Assembly (NCBI GenBank): GCA_951406725.2
Contig: OX597828.1
Location: forward strand, 72,602,001 to 72,666,000
From: Octopus vulgaris
Taxonomy: Eukaryota
Length of the DNA: 64,000 bases
Reading direction: 5' to 3'
The notes under the pieces are model-generated. The model worked only from the letters and a program-made list of their open reading frames with translations. It made no database searches and was not told where the DNA came from. This document shows positions 27,840 through 41,824 of the stretch, piece by piece; the first letter of the stretch is position 1, and each line of letters starts with the position of its first letter. A program made the position numbers and the translations under genes.

Positions 27840-29935
27840 ATCCACACAGCCACTCTTGCCCCTATGTGTATATATTCACGCGTTGTTTACGATTGATTGT
27901 TTGTTGTTTGATGTATGATGCTTTGATGTTTGAAATTTGAAGGTTTGTTGTTCAATGCTTTGGTAGACTTAAAATAGATCGAAGAAAACAGATCTGGTTG
28001 AGGTGGAAAAGCCACGATGCATTATATTTCTGCATCGAGAATAACATTTGATTTGAGATCTTTTACAACAGAGCTTCTATGTCGGTCCATCCATTTTCCT
28101 TTTTATTTGTTTACATATCGATAATAATTCTGGTGTTTTTAATGAACTAAAGTAAACTTTTATTGAAGTCAGAGCTAATATAATTTAGTGAGCAAGGAAT
28201 TGTTATAATTCAATTTATACACGGTGTGAGATGATAGTAAAGAACATGAAAAAAAGCCTTTATTCGCTTAATTATTTATTCTGGACAAGAAAGGTATGGG
28301 AGATAACCTCGAATTTCAAATTAATAAAAAGCTAATGAAGTGTAAGATTGGTAAACTTACTGTTATTCGAGATAGAATAGTTCCGACTGTACGGGTTTTC
28401 AATTATTGAATACCTTTTGTAGCGTTAGTTATTTTTTTTTTATTAACGGCCATCTTGTATGATTAGATACAAAACTTATCTTCCTGTTTTATCAAAGTAT
28501 ATTTATTTTAGAAGCATCAGTAATGTTTTTCGATTTGTTACATACTATTCTAAATGTATCCATAAAAAAAATATAAATTATAATATTTTGAAGAACATAC
28601 ATTTTAATTATTCTGCTCTATGTGTTACTATAAATCAATCGATTCAATGAAAAGCTACTTTACAAATAGGTACCGATGCAGCATTGACACGAATAGTCTT
28701 TTCGTTAATGCCAAAACTTGTCCATATTGAAATACATTTTTCTTGCTATAATATCGGAAAACATTTAAACATCAAAGGAAAGACACGATCAAATATAGAA
28801 ACAGTATCAAAATTCGGGTTAATGTTTTTAAAAAGATGAAATCCAAATATAAAATATTCGATAATTTTATTTTGAAAACTGAATACCAAAAAAAAAAAAA
28901 AAGAATAATAAAAAATATTGCAGTTGGTTAAAATATCTTCTTCAGAAATAGATTACGTAAACCTACCGGTACATTGTTATTGAGAACTCGTAAAATTCTA
29001 TGAATCTACCAAAATATCAATGGAACTGCTTGGTTGTATTGTTCTTGTATTATCAGTTATGTACGAGGCTGTACTTTGGTCTGATTTCATTGATGAAACA
29101 AACGAACAAAGAATTTACTACAACACATTATATAAATGAAATCTTTCACCACGTAGATATTTCTTTCTGCTTTCACAGACAAAACAATTCCATTTAAGTT
29201 CTTCACACATTAGGCAAAGTTATTTAATCGATACCGTCACTGAATTGCGGGTTACTGCCAAAATAACGTCAGAAGCTGTTATTAAACAGATCAAGTCACG
29301 GAGAGTGCGGAGCAAATGGAGAAATATCAAAGAAATCCTGAAACATTCGGCACTATTTAATTGACAGATTTTGAATATGAATCGACTTTAATAAGTAAAT
29401 CATAAAAAGCAGCTCCCTGATGGAAATCGATTAGAAACGAAAGAGAATTGGGGGGCGGAACATTCTCGACAAATATTTCTATTCATAATGTTTCTTACGT
29501 GTGTACAAAAGAAAACACGCCAAAGAATCTAGGTTCAATAAATGAGTTTCGGAAACAACACAGCAAGCGTATCGCGGTCATCCATTTCTCTAGAATAATC
29601 TATGTTTAGTAAATGACTCAATTATTGGAACATTGATGAAGTGTCTTTAGATTCATGACTGGTAGTCTTGCCAAGGAGCAGAACAGAATTTGAACCCTTC
29701 ATCGATACGTAACGAATTATACATCTATCAATATTTTATATTGCATACTTTAATGTTAATACATTATATTGTGGCAAGATGGCAGAATTTTTACCCCTCC
29801 CGAAAAAAAATATGATTTGTGGCATTTCTTCCGATTTTACGTCCTGAATTCAAATGCCAACGAGTCGACTTCGTCTTTCATCCTTAAGAGGGACCAGAGC
29901 ACATTTTTGACGGAATGTATGTATCTATATATATA

Positions 29936-30264
29936 AAATTCAATAAGGGTAGAAATTGATATTAATAAATTAAAACCAGTGGCCTAGCATATTAAAAAAA
30001 ATCCGAAGATTAAAATATTTTTACATACAAAGTTTAAAGGACTGACCACTTAAAGTGGACGGTCAACATGCTAGATATAGACGTCAAATCGCTATTTTCC
30101 ACAAAGAATATGTTCTCAAATAAAAAAAAAACTCAGCACATGCTTTGGTTCGTGCTGATTTTTTTTTATTTGAGAACATATTCTTTGTGGAAAATAGCGA
30201 TTTGACGTCTATATCTAGCATGTTGACCGTCCACTTTTAGTGGTCAGTCCTTTAAATTTTGTAT
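29936..30264 (-). mobile_element. Fold-back element (near-perfect palindrome 30025-30264 plus tail) between TA tracts
   Basis: ~115-bp arms and a short loop; tail related to that of 14335-14704. Confidence 0.85.
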
Positions 30265-30574
30265 ATATATATACCTTTTACATATTTTTTACATTTTAGT
30301 TCTTGTGTTTTCGTCCCCCCACTTTTTTTTATCTTCTGCATTTTCTATATGCTGCCTTCAAAGATTTTTCGCGTCTCATCTCTTATCCAATTTTTTTTAG
30401 ATATTTCTCAACATATGAAACTATTAGTAGCACTTAAGGATATGTATTGTGTCCTTTAACTAAACAATATTTATCTCTCACCACACGGGGTACTTTTTTT
30501 GTTGAACTTTCTAACACGGAACTGTACATTATATATATATATATATATGAGTCTGCGCTCATATATATATATAT

Positions 30575-30900
30575 ATGAGTGATTTGAATAGTTTAGAAAG
30601 AGCAATTTAATAGACGCATGTGCCTCTATTAATGTGCGCTTCCCATAATAACAGGAATCTTACTGAAGAGCCTACCTGAGTAAATAAATATTATTTTTAT
30701 TGCTGAAATAGGCGAAACTGCAGTCTAAGAAGAACTAAGTTTGTAAAAGTTTTTAATTTTCATCTCATTAAATTTATCCAGCTTTTGTGTATCTGGTACA
30801 CACTTCGCCTTTTAATGTACTTATATATGAATAATATATGGCGTGTCCCAGAACACCAGCGATAATAATTAATTTTATTGTATCGCATTTGACTTTGTTT
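30575..30900 (+). mobile_element. Short non-coding hammerhead-bearing element between (TA)n tracts
   Basis: Contains the hammerhead at 30658-30730; no ORF. Confidence 0.7.
30658..30730 (+). ncRNA. Type-I hammerhead ribozyme with a canonical core
   Basis: TCTTA CTGAAGA GCCTA...TAGGC GAA ACTGCAGT C TAAGA: all three stems pair, GUC triplet. Confidence 0.9.
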
Positions 30901-30903
30901 ATA

Positions 30904-30935
<32 letters not shown>

Positions 30936-31227
30936 CTTGTCGGTTGAGGGCAACAAAGAACCATATAGCCATCCCGAAGGATAGTGGGGGATTTGTGCGG
31001 AAGCGTTTTAAAGTGAAGAGTTGCGCACCGTCAATCTAGTGGCAAGTTTGGACAAGGATGCTGTGGATGACCAAGATATCTTGCTTGCCTGGTCTTGCTC
31101 TCTACTCGCACTATGCGTTGCTTCTGCTGCCTTCTTTTCAGTTGAACCATGAAGGTTTCTTCCATGTGACCGAAGACAAAAAATAGGAAATGGCGTAGAT
31201 GCATTTTTCAAGAGTTCTTGCTCTGGA
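30936..31227 (-). mobile_element. Probable 3' end of an RTE-type LINE
   Basis: Degenerate C-terminus resembling RSTWR.., then a K/E/R-rich helix and HPCPNC, followed by a short 3' UTR. Confidence 0.4.
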
Positions 31228-31228
31228 G

Positions 31229-31706
31229 TAAAGATTGTTTGCCAACATAACATGGCTGTCATGGTTTAGGACGAATGTTGCTGTAATTTAGCCCCAGGAG
31301 ACATTGTCTCCAGCTGGCTATACGACACGATATGTGTCCTTATATCTTCGAACAAGGGAATCTAGCACCCCCACCCAGCTCAAAAGAATATCTGTGTATC
31401 GCGATTTCCGGGTTCTTTCCCTTCCTCAGCATATCCGAACAATTATCCTGTGCTGACGAAGGGAAATAACCAGGAAATCGCGATACACAGATATTGTTTT
31501 GAGCTGAGCGGGGTTGCTAGATTCCCTTGTTGGAAAATATAAGGACACAGATCGTGTCGTATAGCCAGCTGGAGACGATGTCTCCTGGGGCTAAATTACA
31601 GCAACATTCGTCCTAAACCAGGACTGCCATGTTATGCTGGCAAACAATCTTTAATACAAATTACTGTTACTGAATATCTCTCGTTGTGAGATTTACAAAT
31701 AATTTT
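31229..31706 (+). mobile_element. Fold-back element (~200-bp arms, 31229-31653) carrying hammerheads on both strands
   Basis: Arms differ at ~14 sites by manual comparison; 3' tail with hairpin ATCTCTCGTTGTGAGAT. Confidence 0.88.
31448..31490 (+). ncRNA. Minimal type-I hammerhead ribozyme
   Basis: CTGTG CTGACGA AGGGAAATAACCAG GAA ATCGCGAT A CACAG; mirror copy with CTGAGGA at 31392-31431 (-). Confidence 0.75.
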
Positions 31707-32963
31707 CTAAGTTCTTGCCCTATCTTTGTATTTTTGAAGGATGGTCATACGCCATGAGTTAGGAGATGGGATTGACTTGGTACATTTAGTGGAGATATTA
31801 AATTGTTTATCGTTGAATATTTGCTTGGGGCAAATTGTAATTGGGAAGGGGTTCCTTTGATAATGGTTTCAAGTGTGTGTTGGGAGAATACTTTCAACGA
31901 GTCTTGCGAAAACGAGCATAAATAGAGCTTGAACTTTTGGAATCTATTATTGCTTCGGGCATTGTTGTCGAAACTATGGAGAATCAATTCATACGAATGT
32001 CGCCGTTTAGTATTTATACAAAAGAAGGCGAACTCAAGTCCGAAAGCAAACACACGAAGGGAATAAAAACATAAATATATAAATTTTGTAAATATAATAA
32101 TAAGTTTTCACCTTATATATTGACTATATGGAATATATGGAAGCCACGAAGAAAAGAAAAAAAACAAGCATGAGAACAAGTGGGAATCGTATTTTTGCAA
32201 TAAGTGTGTTAAGCGATTAGATCAACACAACCGTCCATTTTCTTCTCCTGTTAGATATTTTCATAGTAGCAAGTGTGTAAACATGTGCGTATTCTGCGTA
32301 AATATAAAATTATGTTGCATAGAGAAATACAGTAGTAGAAAAATAATGAATAAACATGTTTAAATATAAATTGTGATACTTTTCTCACCAACAGTTCCAT
32401 ACTCCATTGTTATAGCCAACTTACAGTCAACAGATTCATATCCAGATTTAACAAACACACTCATTCTCTCACGAACGCAGTAAGATGAGCAGAAACAAAT
32501 TTATCCAAACATAAATAATTTCGCGATCAAGTTGAAAATATTGGACCATAAGAAGCCTTTAATAATACTTTGGTACCTCACAAAAGACGGACATTTTGTT
32601 CAACAAATTTAAATTTACATTCTTTTGTATGTAGAAGCAAAAATACCTGCAAAAATCTCATGCCTAGTGATTAACAACTCATTAAAATTTCCGAGCTCCA
32701 AAACAAAATCTCCAATCCCAGATTCCTAAATATATTTCATGCAGTCTTTTCCAACCCTTCTCAATCTTGGTATTTCTTAAATCTCACTCCATTCAAAGGG
32801 GTTTCACTAAACTGTGTCAGCCTTAATCGCCTTGAAAGTGTTCGCGAACAAACGTGTGAGACATACAAATCTCTGTTCTTACCATTCACAGCTTCAACGT
32901 CTTCATCTCCACATTAAGCAACCTAATACATGCATCACCAACAAAGTTAGTATCATCACAGCT

Positions 32964-33348
32964 ATTCTTTTACTTGTTTCAGTCATTTGACTGCAGCCAT
33001 GCTGGAGCACCGCCTTTACACGAACAAATCGACCCCAGGACTTATTCTTTGTAAGCCTAGTACTTATTCTATCAGTCTCTTTTGCTGAACCGTTAAGTTG
33101 CGAGGACGTAAACACATCATTATCGGTTGTCAAGCGGCGGTGGGGGAGTCAAACACAGACACACACAAAAACATACATATACATACGACAAGCTTCTTTC
33201 AGTTTCCGTCCGCCAAATCCACTCACAAGGCTTTCGTTGACCCGCGGCTATAGTAGAAGAAACTTGCCCAAGGTGCCACGCAGTGGGATTGAATCGAGAA
33301 CCATGTGGTTGGGAAGCAACCTACTTACCACACAACCACTCCTGCGCC
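32964..33348 (-). mobile_element. SINE family A, full length
   Basis: Head and tail intact. Confidence 0.9.
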
Positions 33349-34083
33349 TAAATGAAAGGCACAGTCGAACTCAGCGAGAATTGAACTCACAACGTAAGGA
33401 TGGAGGAAGTGCCACTAAGCGTTCTGCCCGGTTTACTAAAGATTCTGCCAGTTCGCCGCCATCTCTAATATATTTTCATATTTTCTTACAACATATTATC
33501 TCCTCTATAAATCTTTAGCATCTATTATAATCCCACTTTGGCACGAGTATCTTATTTTGTCGTCCTTCTGATCCCTTTTTATCGAAGAAAGTATTTTTAA
33601 AAAGCTTTCTTTGAGATGATTCTTTGAAGATATTTTAAACATAAAAAAAAAACTACGAAAAAACCCACAACAAACCATCGGCGTGTCTACATTTATTTTT
33701 TGAATAATCTTCTACTAACAGTTCGTTTTTTATTAAAACTGCTAAAATAGTTTTCCGATGATCATTCAAGAAATTTTTCTTTTTCCCTAAATATTCCTCC
33801 TCCCTCCTCCTCCTCCTTTCTTCTTCCCAATCCCCTAAAATTTCAGGCTTTGAGCCTATGTAAAAAAGATCATTATTATTATTATTATTATTATTATTGC
33901 TGTTGTTATTATCATCACCATCAAAACCCACCCCTCCACCACCACCACCACCTCCTCCTCCACCTCCTCCTCCTCCTCCTCCTCCTCCTCCTCATGAAAA
34001 TTTAAATGAGTTCATTATCTTTATCATCATTTCAATTAAATTTATTTCTATATTTGTTAGTATTCTCTTCTCTCTCTCTCTCC

Positions 34084-34116
<33 letters not shown>

Positions 34117-34251
34117 GCTCTCTATTCCCATGTTTTACTAATTTTTGCATCATTTATTATCATCATCATCACCATCACCATCATTATTATTCTTACTGTT
34201 ATCATTATTGTAATTATTCATCTTTCTACGGAATATATTACTGACAGCATT

Positions 34252-34309
<58 letters not shown>

Positions 34310-34844
34310 CTTCCTTCCTTCTTTCTTTCTTTCATTTCTTCTTTCATTCCTTCCTTCTTTCTCATGTGTATTTATATTTAGCTCTTCAAAAAATTTCATT
34401 TGTTTCCCTTCGTCCCCGATTGTGATTTTCTGCTTTTCATTACTACTACTACTACTACTGCTGCTGTTACTGCTACGACAAGCCATCTCAACACACATTA
34501 ATTTATTCTCCAATATTTCATACTTTACTTTCCCCCCTCCCCCACACTGAAATTTTTGTATGCAAATATATATACAAAGCTTTATGAATCGTCTGTCTCT
34601 GGATGGTGTCGGAACGGCAGACAGGTTAGGACGCCAGACCGAAGGCTGAATATTATTTAATTATTTATTATCCCTGTGTTCAAATTCTGCCAGAGTTGTC
34701 CTTTCATTTAATCACACCTCGGCCTATAAAATAAATATCAATCATAAACTGTAGTCTTGTGCTGAAGTACAAAATCGATAATTCTCTAAATGAAAACTCT
34801 CAGTCGCCAACTGAACACATACATAGATACATACACATCTTTCT

Positions 34845-34911
<67 letters not shown>

Positions 34912-34966
34912 CCCACATACGTGTGGGTGATGTGGGTGTGTGTGTACACACACACACACACACACA

Positions 34967-35007
<41 letters not shown>

Positions 35008-35083
35008 CCCACGTACGTGTGGGTGGGTGGGTGTGTATATATATATATATTATATATAAATACATACATACACGTGTGTAGGT

Positions 35084-35169
<86 letters not shown>

Positions 35170-35769
35170 GCATATATATATATTTATATGCATATATATA
35201 TTCAAGTATTTATGTTTCAATCATTCTTAATACTGTTTGACTTACCTCTATTTGATCTTCGTCTTATCAACCCACGGCGTCTCATAAAACATAGAACATT
35301 TTAGTTGAAGCTCCGATATGTTCACGGTAATTTTGTTCGCTTCAGAAGCCATTAAACCTGTCTGTTTATTACAAACATCAAAGTTTTGGACGTTTATAAC
35401 ACGAGTTCAATAAAGGACAAGTTTTCACGTCCATAAATCTAAAACTCTGTCGCCATTTGTCTCCGCACAATCACAAATGTTATAAGAGACAATTAGACAC
35501 AGTTCAGCGGACGAGGAAAAACGTAAAATATCAGAGGTTCTTCTGATTCCTTCTCCGTAAACAACCCATTTAAAGTAGATGCTAACCTTCTTCGATGAAA
35601 GTATAAATCTAGCGGGACATTTTACCAGCCTTTATTTGTGTTTAAATTTGAAAAAAAAGAAAAAAAAAAAGGTTCAAAGACAATCACATTATTTTGATCT
35701 CACGATATGAAATTAACTTTTAAATGTCATGGGTCAGTTTCAAGCAGCCGCAGCAGCAGCGGCGGTTGC

Positions 35770-35800
<31 letters not shown>

Positions 35801-35993
35801 TTAGCAGCAGTAGTTGAAAAAATTAGCAACGCTCGCAATTTAAACATATTATTTAGAATAGGGCTCCTCTGCCACCGGGCCGCGGATCAGTACTAGGCCA
35901 TAGATCATTTTGTACCGGGCTGCGCAGAAAGAATAAGTTCTAAACTTTTATTTCAGCTTTAATGACCATCGCATTCTGCCAGATTATTTTTGC

Positions 35994-36057
<64 letters not shown>

Positions 36058-36095
36058 ATATGCATTTATTATATATGTATTGTTTATGTAATAAT

Positions 36096-36149
<54 letters not shown>

Positions 36150-36347
36150 CATACATATATATATTGTTCGCAAAAAGTTCGTATTCTATGTTTTCGTTTT
36201 TCGTATTTCATGTTTACGTTCCGTGGTGTCCTGTGCCCATATATGCATGTATATACAGATATATGTATGTACATATATGTGTATGTAGGCGTATATATTA
36301 ATATATTATTTATATTATATTATATTATATATATATATATATATATA

Positions 36348-36528
36348 GTTAATCCAAACATGAAAACACAAAGAGAAAACACAACGCGAGGACGTGGAAC
36401 AAGTATAGTATTATTGGACGCCCAGGAAAGGAAAGAAAGACGGATCTCTTCGTCAGAAACAGAAAAAGGGAAGGTCCAAGGAAGGGAAGACGGAGAAAGA
36501 AAATCGCCAACGATACACACGCGGTCAC
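36348..36528 (-). mobile_element. Neptune-related PLE 3' tail with a partly deleted hammerhead
   Basis: GTATTATTGGACGCCCAGGAAAG matches ~3751-3773; CTGACGAAGAG retained but the GAAA half is missing; abuts (TA)n. Confidence 0.6.
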
Positions 36529-36604
36529 AATCCCTCGACAATCGCTGCTGTTACGTTCCAAAACCCACCGTGATAGGTGAAAATCCCCGAAGTTGAAAAA
36601 ATAC

Positions 36605-37009
36605 TCTCTTTACTCTTTTACTTGTTTCAGTCATTTGACTGTGGCCATGCTGGAGCACCGCCTTTAGTCGAGCAAATCGACCCCGGGACTTATTCTTTGT
36701 AAGCCCAGTACTTACTCTATCGGTCTCTTTTGCCGAACCGCTAAGTGACGGGGACGTAAACACACCAGCATCGGTTGTCAAGCAATGCTTGGGGGACAAA
36801 CACAGACACACAAACACACACACACATACATATATATACATATATACGACAGGCTTCTTTCAGTTTCCGTCTACCAAATCCATTCACAAGGCATTGGTCG
36901 GCCCGGGGCTATAGCAGAAGACACTTGCCCAAGATGCCACGCAGTGGGACTGAACCTGGAACCATGTGGTTGGTTAGCAAGCTACTTACCACACAGCCAC
37001 TCCTGCGCC
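36605..37009 (-). mobile_element. SINE family A, full length
   Basis: Head and tail intact. Confidence 0.9.
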
Positions 37010-37914
37010 TGTATATTTTTTAAAAATTATTTTTACAATTTGTATATATTTATTTTATTATAATGCAAAACAACACCACGGAAGGATCAACATAAGCTTA
37101 AACAATAAACCGCGATATGGCGAGGGATTACTGTATATATACAAAGTGAACTTGTGAGATCCAGAGAAGCGCGATATAGAAAACACGTAGTCGTACTCAA
37201 ATGCTTTGAGCTTACACTCTATCTGCGGGATATGGAGATAGCGATGCAAATAGACACATGAATACACTGGGGCTTGGTATATAGAATACATATGCATATA
37301 TTTATGCATATGCGGACAGAGGGGTCACACAGGAGAGCTAAGAAGAAGGGGAGAAACAAGAACTGAAAACATTCAGAAGATGACCGCTCATTTTGTTTTT
37401 TTTTTATATATATTTATAATGTGTTGTACTTCATTGTGTGACTCTCCCAGTCCGTGGTAAAATTTTCATGCAGGAAACTGACCCATGGAACAAAATTAGG
37501 TTGGGTACTGCTTATTTAGAACACATCAGTTATAAGCTATGTCGCCAAAGTGTTACCGTTGTAGTCACAATATCTGCTCTATGAATGTTTGTTAGATATT
37601 TTGTACACGATATAAAGTTTACCTGCAATTTGAAACGCAAGTTCCTCTTCTTTAGCGAACGGACGCAAAAATAGCAAGAATAACGTTTTCTATATTCATG
37701 TTGATCACTTTTAGATCTTTTTAGATCTTATTTGCCATAGATTTCGTTAAGCTGCCCTTTCGACTCTATTTCAAAAAGCGAATCCATGAAGAATCTTAGT
37801 TTACAGAAGCAAAATGAATTGTTATGGAATCGCCGAGGGAAACTGTAAAGATTACACCAACGATTAAGGAAAATATCTTCAGACGGTTTTGAAAGCAATA
37901 ATTAAAATCTATTA

Positions 37915-38128
37915 TCTTTTATTTTTTACTTGCTTTATTCATAAGACTGCGGCCATGCTGGGGCACTGCATTAAAGAACTTTTACTTGAGTGAGTCCACC
38001 CCAGTACTTGTTCATTTTTCAAAACCATGGTGCTCATCCTACCGGTCTGTTTTGCCGCAAAGTTACGGAGATCTAAACACACCAACTCCGGTTGCGGGCA
38101 ACACAGCCACAGACATACACACACATAA

Positions 38129-38191
<63 letters not shown>

Positions 38192-38332
38192 CGACGGGAA
38201 TCTTACAGATACAGACACAGACACATACACACACTCGACAACTTCTATCAGCTTTCGTCCACCAAATCCACTCTCAAGGTTGAGCCGTGCACCATGCTGC
38301 TGGGAAGCAACCTTCTTACCACATAGCCACGC
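37915..38332 (-). mobile_element. SINE family A (diverged)
   Basis: Similar to the other copies. Confidence 0.65.
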
Positions 38333-39004
38333 ATGAGTAAATTGAAATATTACTCTTGAATATTAGATATTACTTTTAATTACTCCATCTAGATAAAGCC
38401 AAATCTGAACCAACTTGAAATTAAAAACTTCTAACATGGTAGAAACATCTGGCCCAGGGTTCACAAAATCTAACTCAATAAAGCTTATTCTATTGGATTC
38501 TTTTACCCAATTGCCAACTCAACAAAGCTAGTGCAGTTATACGGGAATTTCATTATGTACATTGGTGGTTGGCCCCGAGTAGCTCTGGTTATGATAACTC
38601 TTGAAACTCATGAGACTTCAACACTAGCAATAAGAGAGAGCACAGCAGCCCCCTCACCATGCAAGTATTTACCCTAAAATGAGTCAGGTAAATTATTTGG
38701 GCTCTGAAATTTACATCCATCTGTTTATTTCCATTCCTGAGATTGCAATATTTTCAATGCTATTAAATTGCTAACACTCATTGAGGCTGGCTTTCAGAAT
38801 TTTCTCTTTTCTTTATACAAGTTCCTAAAGTTCTCACATATCTATTCAATTTTCGAAATCACTTTAAACACTTCTTAAAACGCAACTTCTTATTAAGGAT
38901 AAAATATCAACTTTGCTTAAAAGAAGGCATCTTATTACACTTTATTAATTAACCTTTAATTAAAGTAAACCATAATTAATATACTTTCATATTAATGTAA
39001 ATTA

Positions 39005-39126
39005 TCTATATACATAAAACTGAGAATGTGTGTGTGTCTGTCTGTTTCCCTAAAACTTGAGAACTACTCAACCAATTTCATTCAAATTTTACACATGCCT
39101 TACTTAGGGTCCATGTAGTGTGATGG
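39005..39126 (+). mobile_element. Helitron-like 5' end
   Basis: A|TCTATATACATAAAA..GTCTGTCTGT..CCAATTTCATTCAAATTT, similar in style to the 5' ends at 21345 and 43192. Confidence 0.55.
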
Positions 39127-39329
39127 GCTCGCTCTGGGCGGTATTGAGGCGACTGTCCACAGCCACAGGCCCACAGTCGACGCTATGGCGACCAGAGCTC
39201 GCTCTGGGCGACATTGAGGCGACTGTCCACAGCCACAGGCTCACAGTCGACGCTATGTCGACCAGAGCTCGCTCTGGGCGACATTGAGGCGACTGTCCAC
39301 AGCCACAGGCCCACAGCCGACGCTATGGC
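39127..39329. repeat. 70-bp GC-rich minisatellite, ~2.9 copies
   Basis: Units start at 39127, 39197 and 39267. Confidence 0.95.
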
Positions 39330-40246
39330 ATTTGTGTCACTATTACAGTTGGGTTGGGTTGAGTTGGGTTGGGTTCCATTATATATTGAAAACTATAGCG
39401 TGATGGCAGCATAAAAAAACAACCCTTCCTCAATTGTTGGCAGATTTACCTACTTCGCAGTGCGAGCAGTGCAACAAGATGAGTCTTCGTCAAAGCAATT
39501 GCTCCCCCAAAGCAAATTAAATAAAATTTGAGATACGTGGAACGTCAAAGCTGCTAACAAAAACAGGACAGTGAAATATTCGGTAAGGGCTGTTTAACCC
39601 TAATGAGGTGAAGTGGTGAACGCTGGAGAAAAAAGCTTTGTCAAGAGACAGACAAGAATGCGTGTTATAGTTATAAACTGAACGAGAAGAAAAAGAATCA
39701 CATTTAGAAATAGAGATCTATAATTATTGAGGACAGAATTTGAGTTAGAAATAGAGAACTATATAAATATTGCATTATGCATAAAGTGGTGGCTTACATT
39801 CGGGGCTTCCAATTTCTCTGTAAAATATAAGATAGTCGCAAAAATCATCGCACATATCACCATCAATTACAAACACCGGTGGAAGATAAAAGTTCCAGAG
39901 GGCATACTTGTTCTTTCGTTTGTACAAGGATCGTATTATGTTTTGGCTTAAAATAAATTATAGATACAAATATAATGTATAGAAATATATAAAAACCAGA
40001 ATAGAAAATAAACGCCTTAGGCATATAAAATGAGATAACATGAGATATCAAGGTGTCATAAACTTGAAACCTACTAGAATATCATAGATTATATATATGC
40101 AGTCATCCAATCAGTTCTGTCCAATTTTACCTTTTTTTAGATTTGAATGAAATTTAATAGTATCTTCAAATGTCTAATTCAATTAAAAGTTATTTTTATG
40201 CATTTGTGTACGTTTAAACTAATTCAATTTTGTTTTCAAAATAATA

Positions 40247-40858
40247 GAGAGTGTCCATAAAGTCATGGGGATTAACACATACTTTTAAAACAAACCAATT
40301 TTATTTAATTATAATGTTAATAAATAATATTTTCAAAGTGATTTCCATCATTTTTCAATGCATAACTTGATGCGCCTTGCAAAATGCAGGTGAACTTGAT
40401 TAAATAAGTCTACATTGCCATCAATTTCAGCACACTGCGTTCTCTCATGTGTTTTAAATCTGTAATCTTTATTGCAATCTTTCTCTTTCAACATACCCCA
40501 GAAAAAGAAATCAAGGGGAGAAAGGTCTGGTGAACGAGGGGACCTTTCCATATGAGCCCTTCTTCCAATCCAGAGAGGAAAAGCGTCATTAAGCCAATCT
40601 CTAACAGTTGTGGCAAAATGGGTAGGGGCCCCATCCTGCTGAATCCAATTCGGAAGGCTTAATACTACTAACTCGATTCTTTCTTCTTTAGACAGATCCA
40701 TCATTCGATCATCTGTAGAAAAAATAACAAATAAATTTTGAAAAGCAAAGTATTTTTTCTTTTTAATTTAAACAAAAGTAAAAAAGGAAAATTATTATTT
40801 CTTATATTTGTTTATGTTATGATTTTATTCCATGCACCCAAACTTCGTGGACACCCTA
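40247..40858 (-). mobile_element. Internally deleted maT/DD37D-like transposon
   Basis: QQDGAPTH..WIGR..PRSPDLSPLDFFFWG; imperfect TIRs GTGTCCATAAAGT / ACTTCGTGGACAC. Confidence 0.85.
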
Positions 40859-40886
40859 AAATTGCTTTGATTAAAACCCCTTCAAC

Positions 40887-41657
40887 ATGGAAGTATCCAA
40901 GGAGCATTTAAGGCACATATAATTCTTTATGAATATAATAAAGGTAACTCTGCAGCCGAAGTGACTCGAAACATACACTCAGTTTATGGGAAAGTGCTTG
41001 AATGAAAGAACTTGCAGGTGATCGTTTGCAAAATTGAAGATGAAGATCGAATAGGGTCCAGTTGAGTCTGATGATAAGCTCCTTGAGGCATTACTTGAAG
41101 AAAATCCGTCATTATCAGTTGAAGAATTGGCAATAAAGCTTACTTCAAACCATACAACCGTTCATCGTCATCTTCAACAACGTGGAAACTTTCCTAAACT
41201 TGGAAAATAGGTGCCTCATGTATTGTCCGAAAGCAACCGCAAATCCCGAGTTGACATCTGCTCTTCTCTCCATTCTCGCAAACTCATTTCACCCTTTTTC
41301 TATAGACTTGTGACGAAAAATGGATTTTCTATCGAAATGGTAAACGTCGTAAACAGTGGCTTGGTAAAAGGGAAAAGGCTCAACCACAACCGAGAAGGGA
41401 ACTTCATGGGAAAAAGGTTCTACTCTATCTGGTGCGATTGCAAAGGCGTAATTCACTTTATATTGTTACCACCTAATGCAACAATCAATGCTCAAGTATA
41501 CTGTCAGCAATTAGAGCGTTTGAACAAAGCTTTGAAGGAAAAAAGAGCCGCTTTAGTGAGTCGAAAACGAGTGATGTTTCATCAGGACAATGCGCAACCC
41601 CACACTGCAAAGATCACATCACAGAAGATCGAAGAGGTCGGTTGGGAAAAATTTCTT

Positions 41658-41660
<3 letters not shown>
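40887..41660 (+). pseudogene. Mariner transposase remnant, 3'-truncated
   Basis: MEVSKEHLRH.., (W)VPHVL, INAQVYCQQL, FHQDNAQPHT; multiple stops and frameshifts. Confidence 0.9.
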
Positions 41661-41756
<96 letters not shown>

Positions 41757-41824
41757 GGATTTCGTAGACAGGAACTGAAACAAATCAATCGTATATATAT
41801 GTATGTATATATGTAAGTGTATGT

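Noticed and set aside
39127-39329. CRISPR-like array
   Set aside because: Contiguous tandem units with no unique spacers; eukaryotic context
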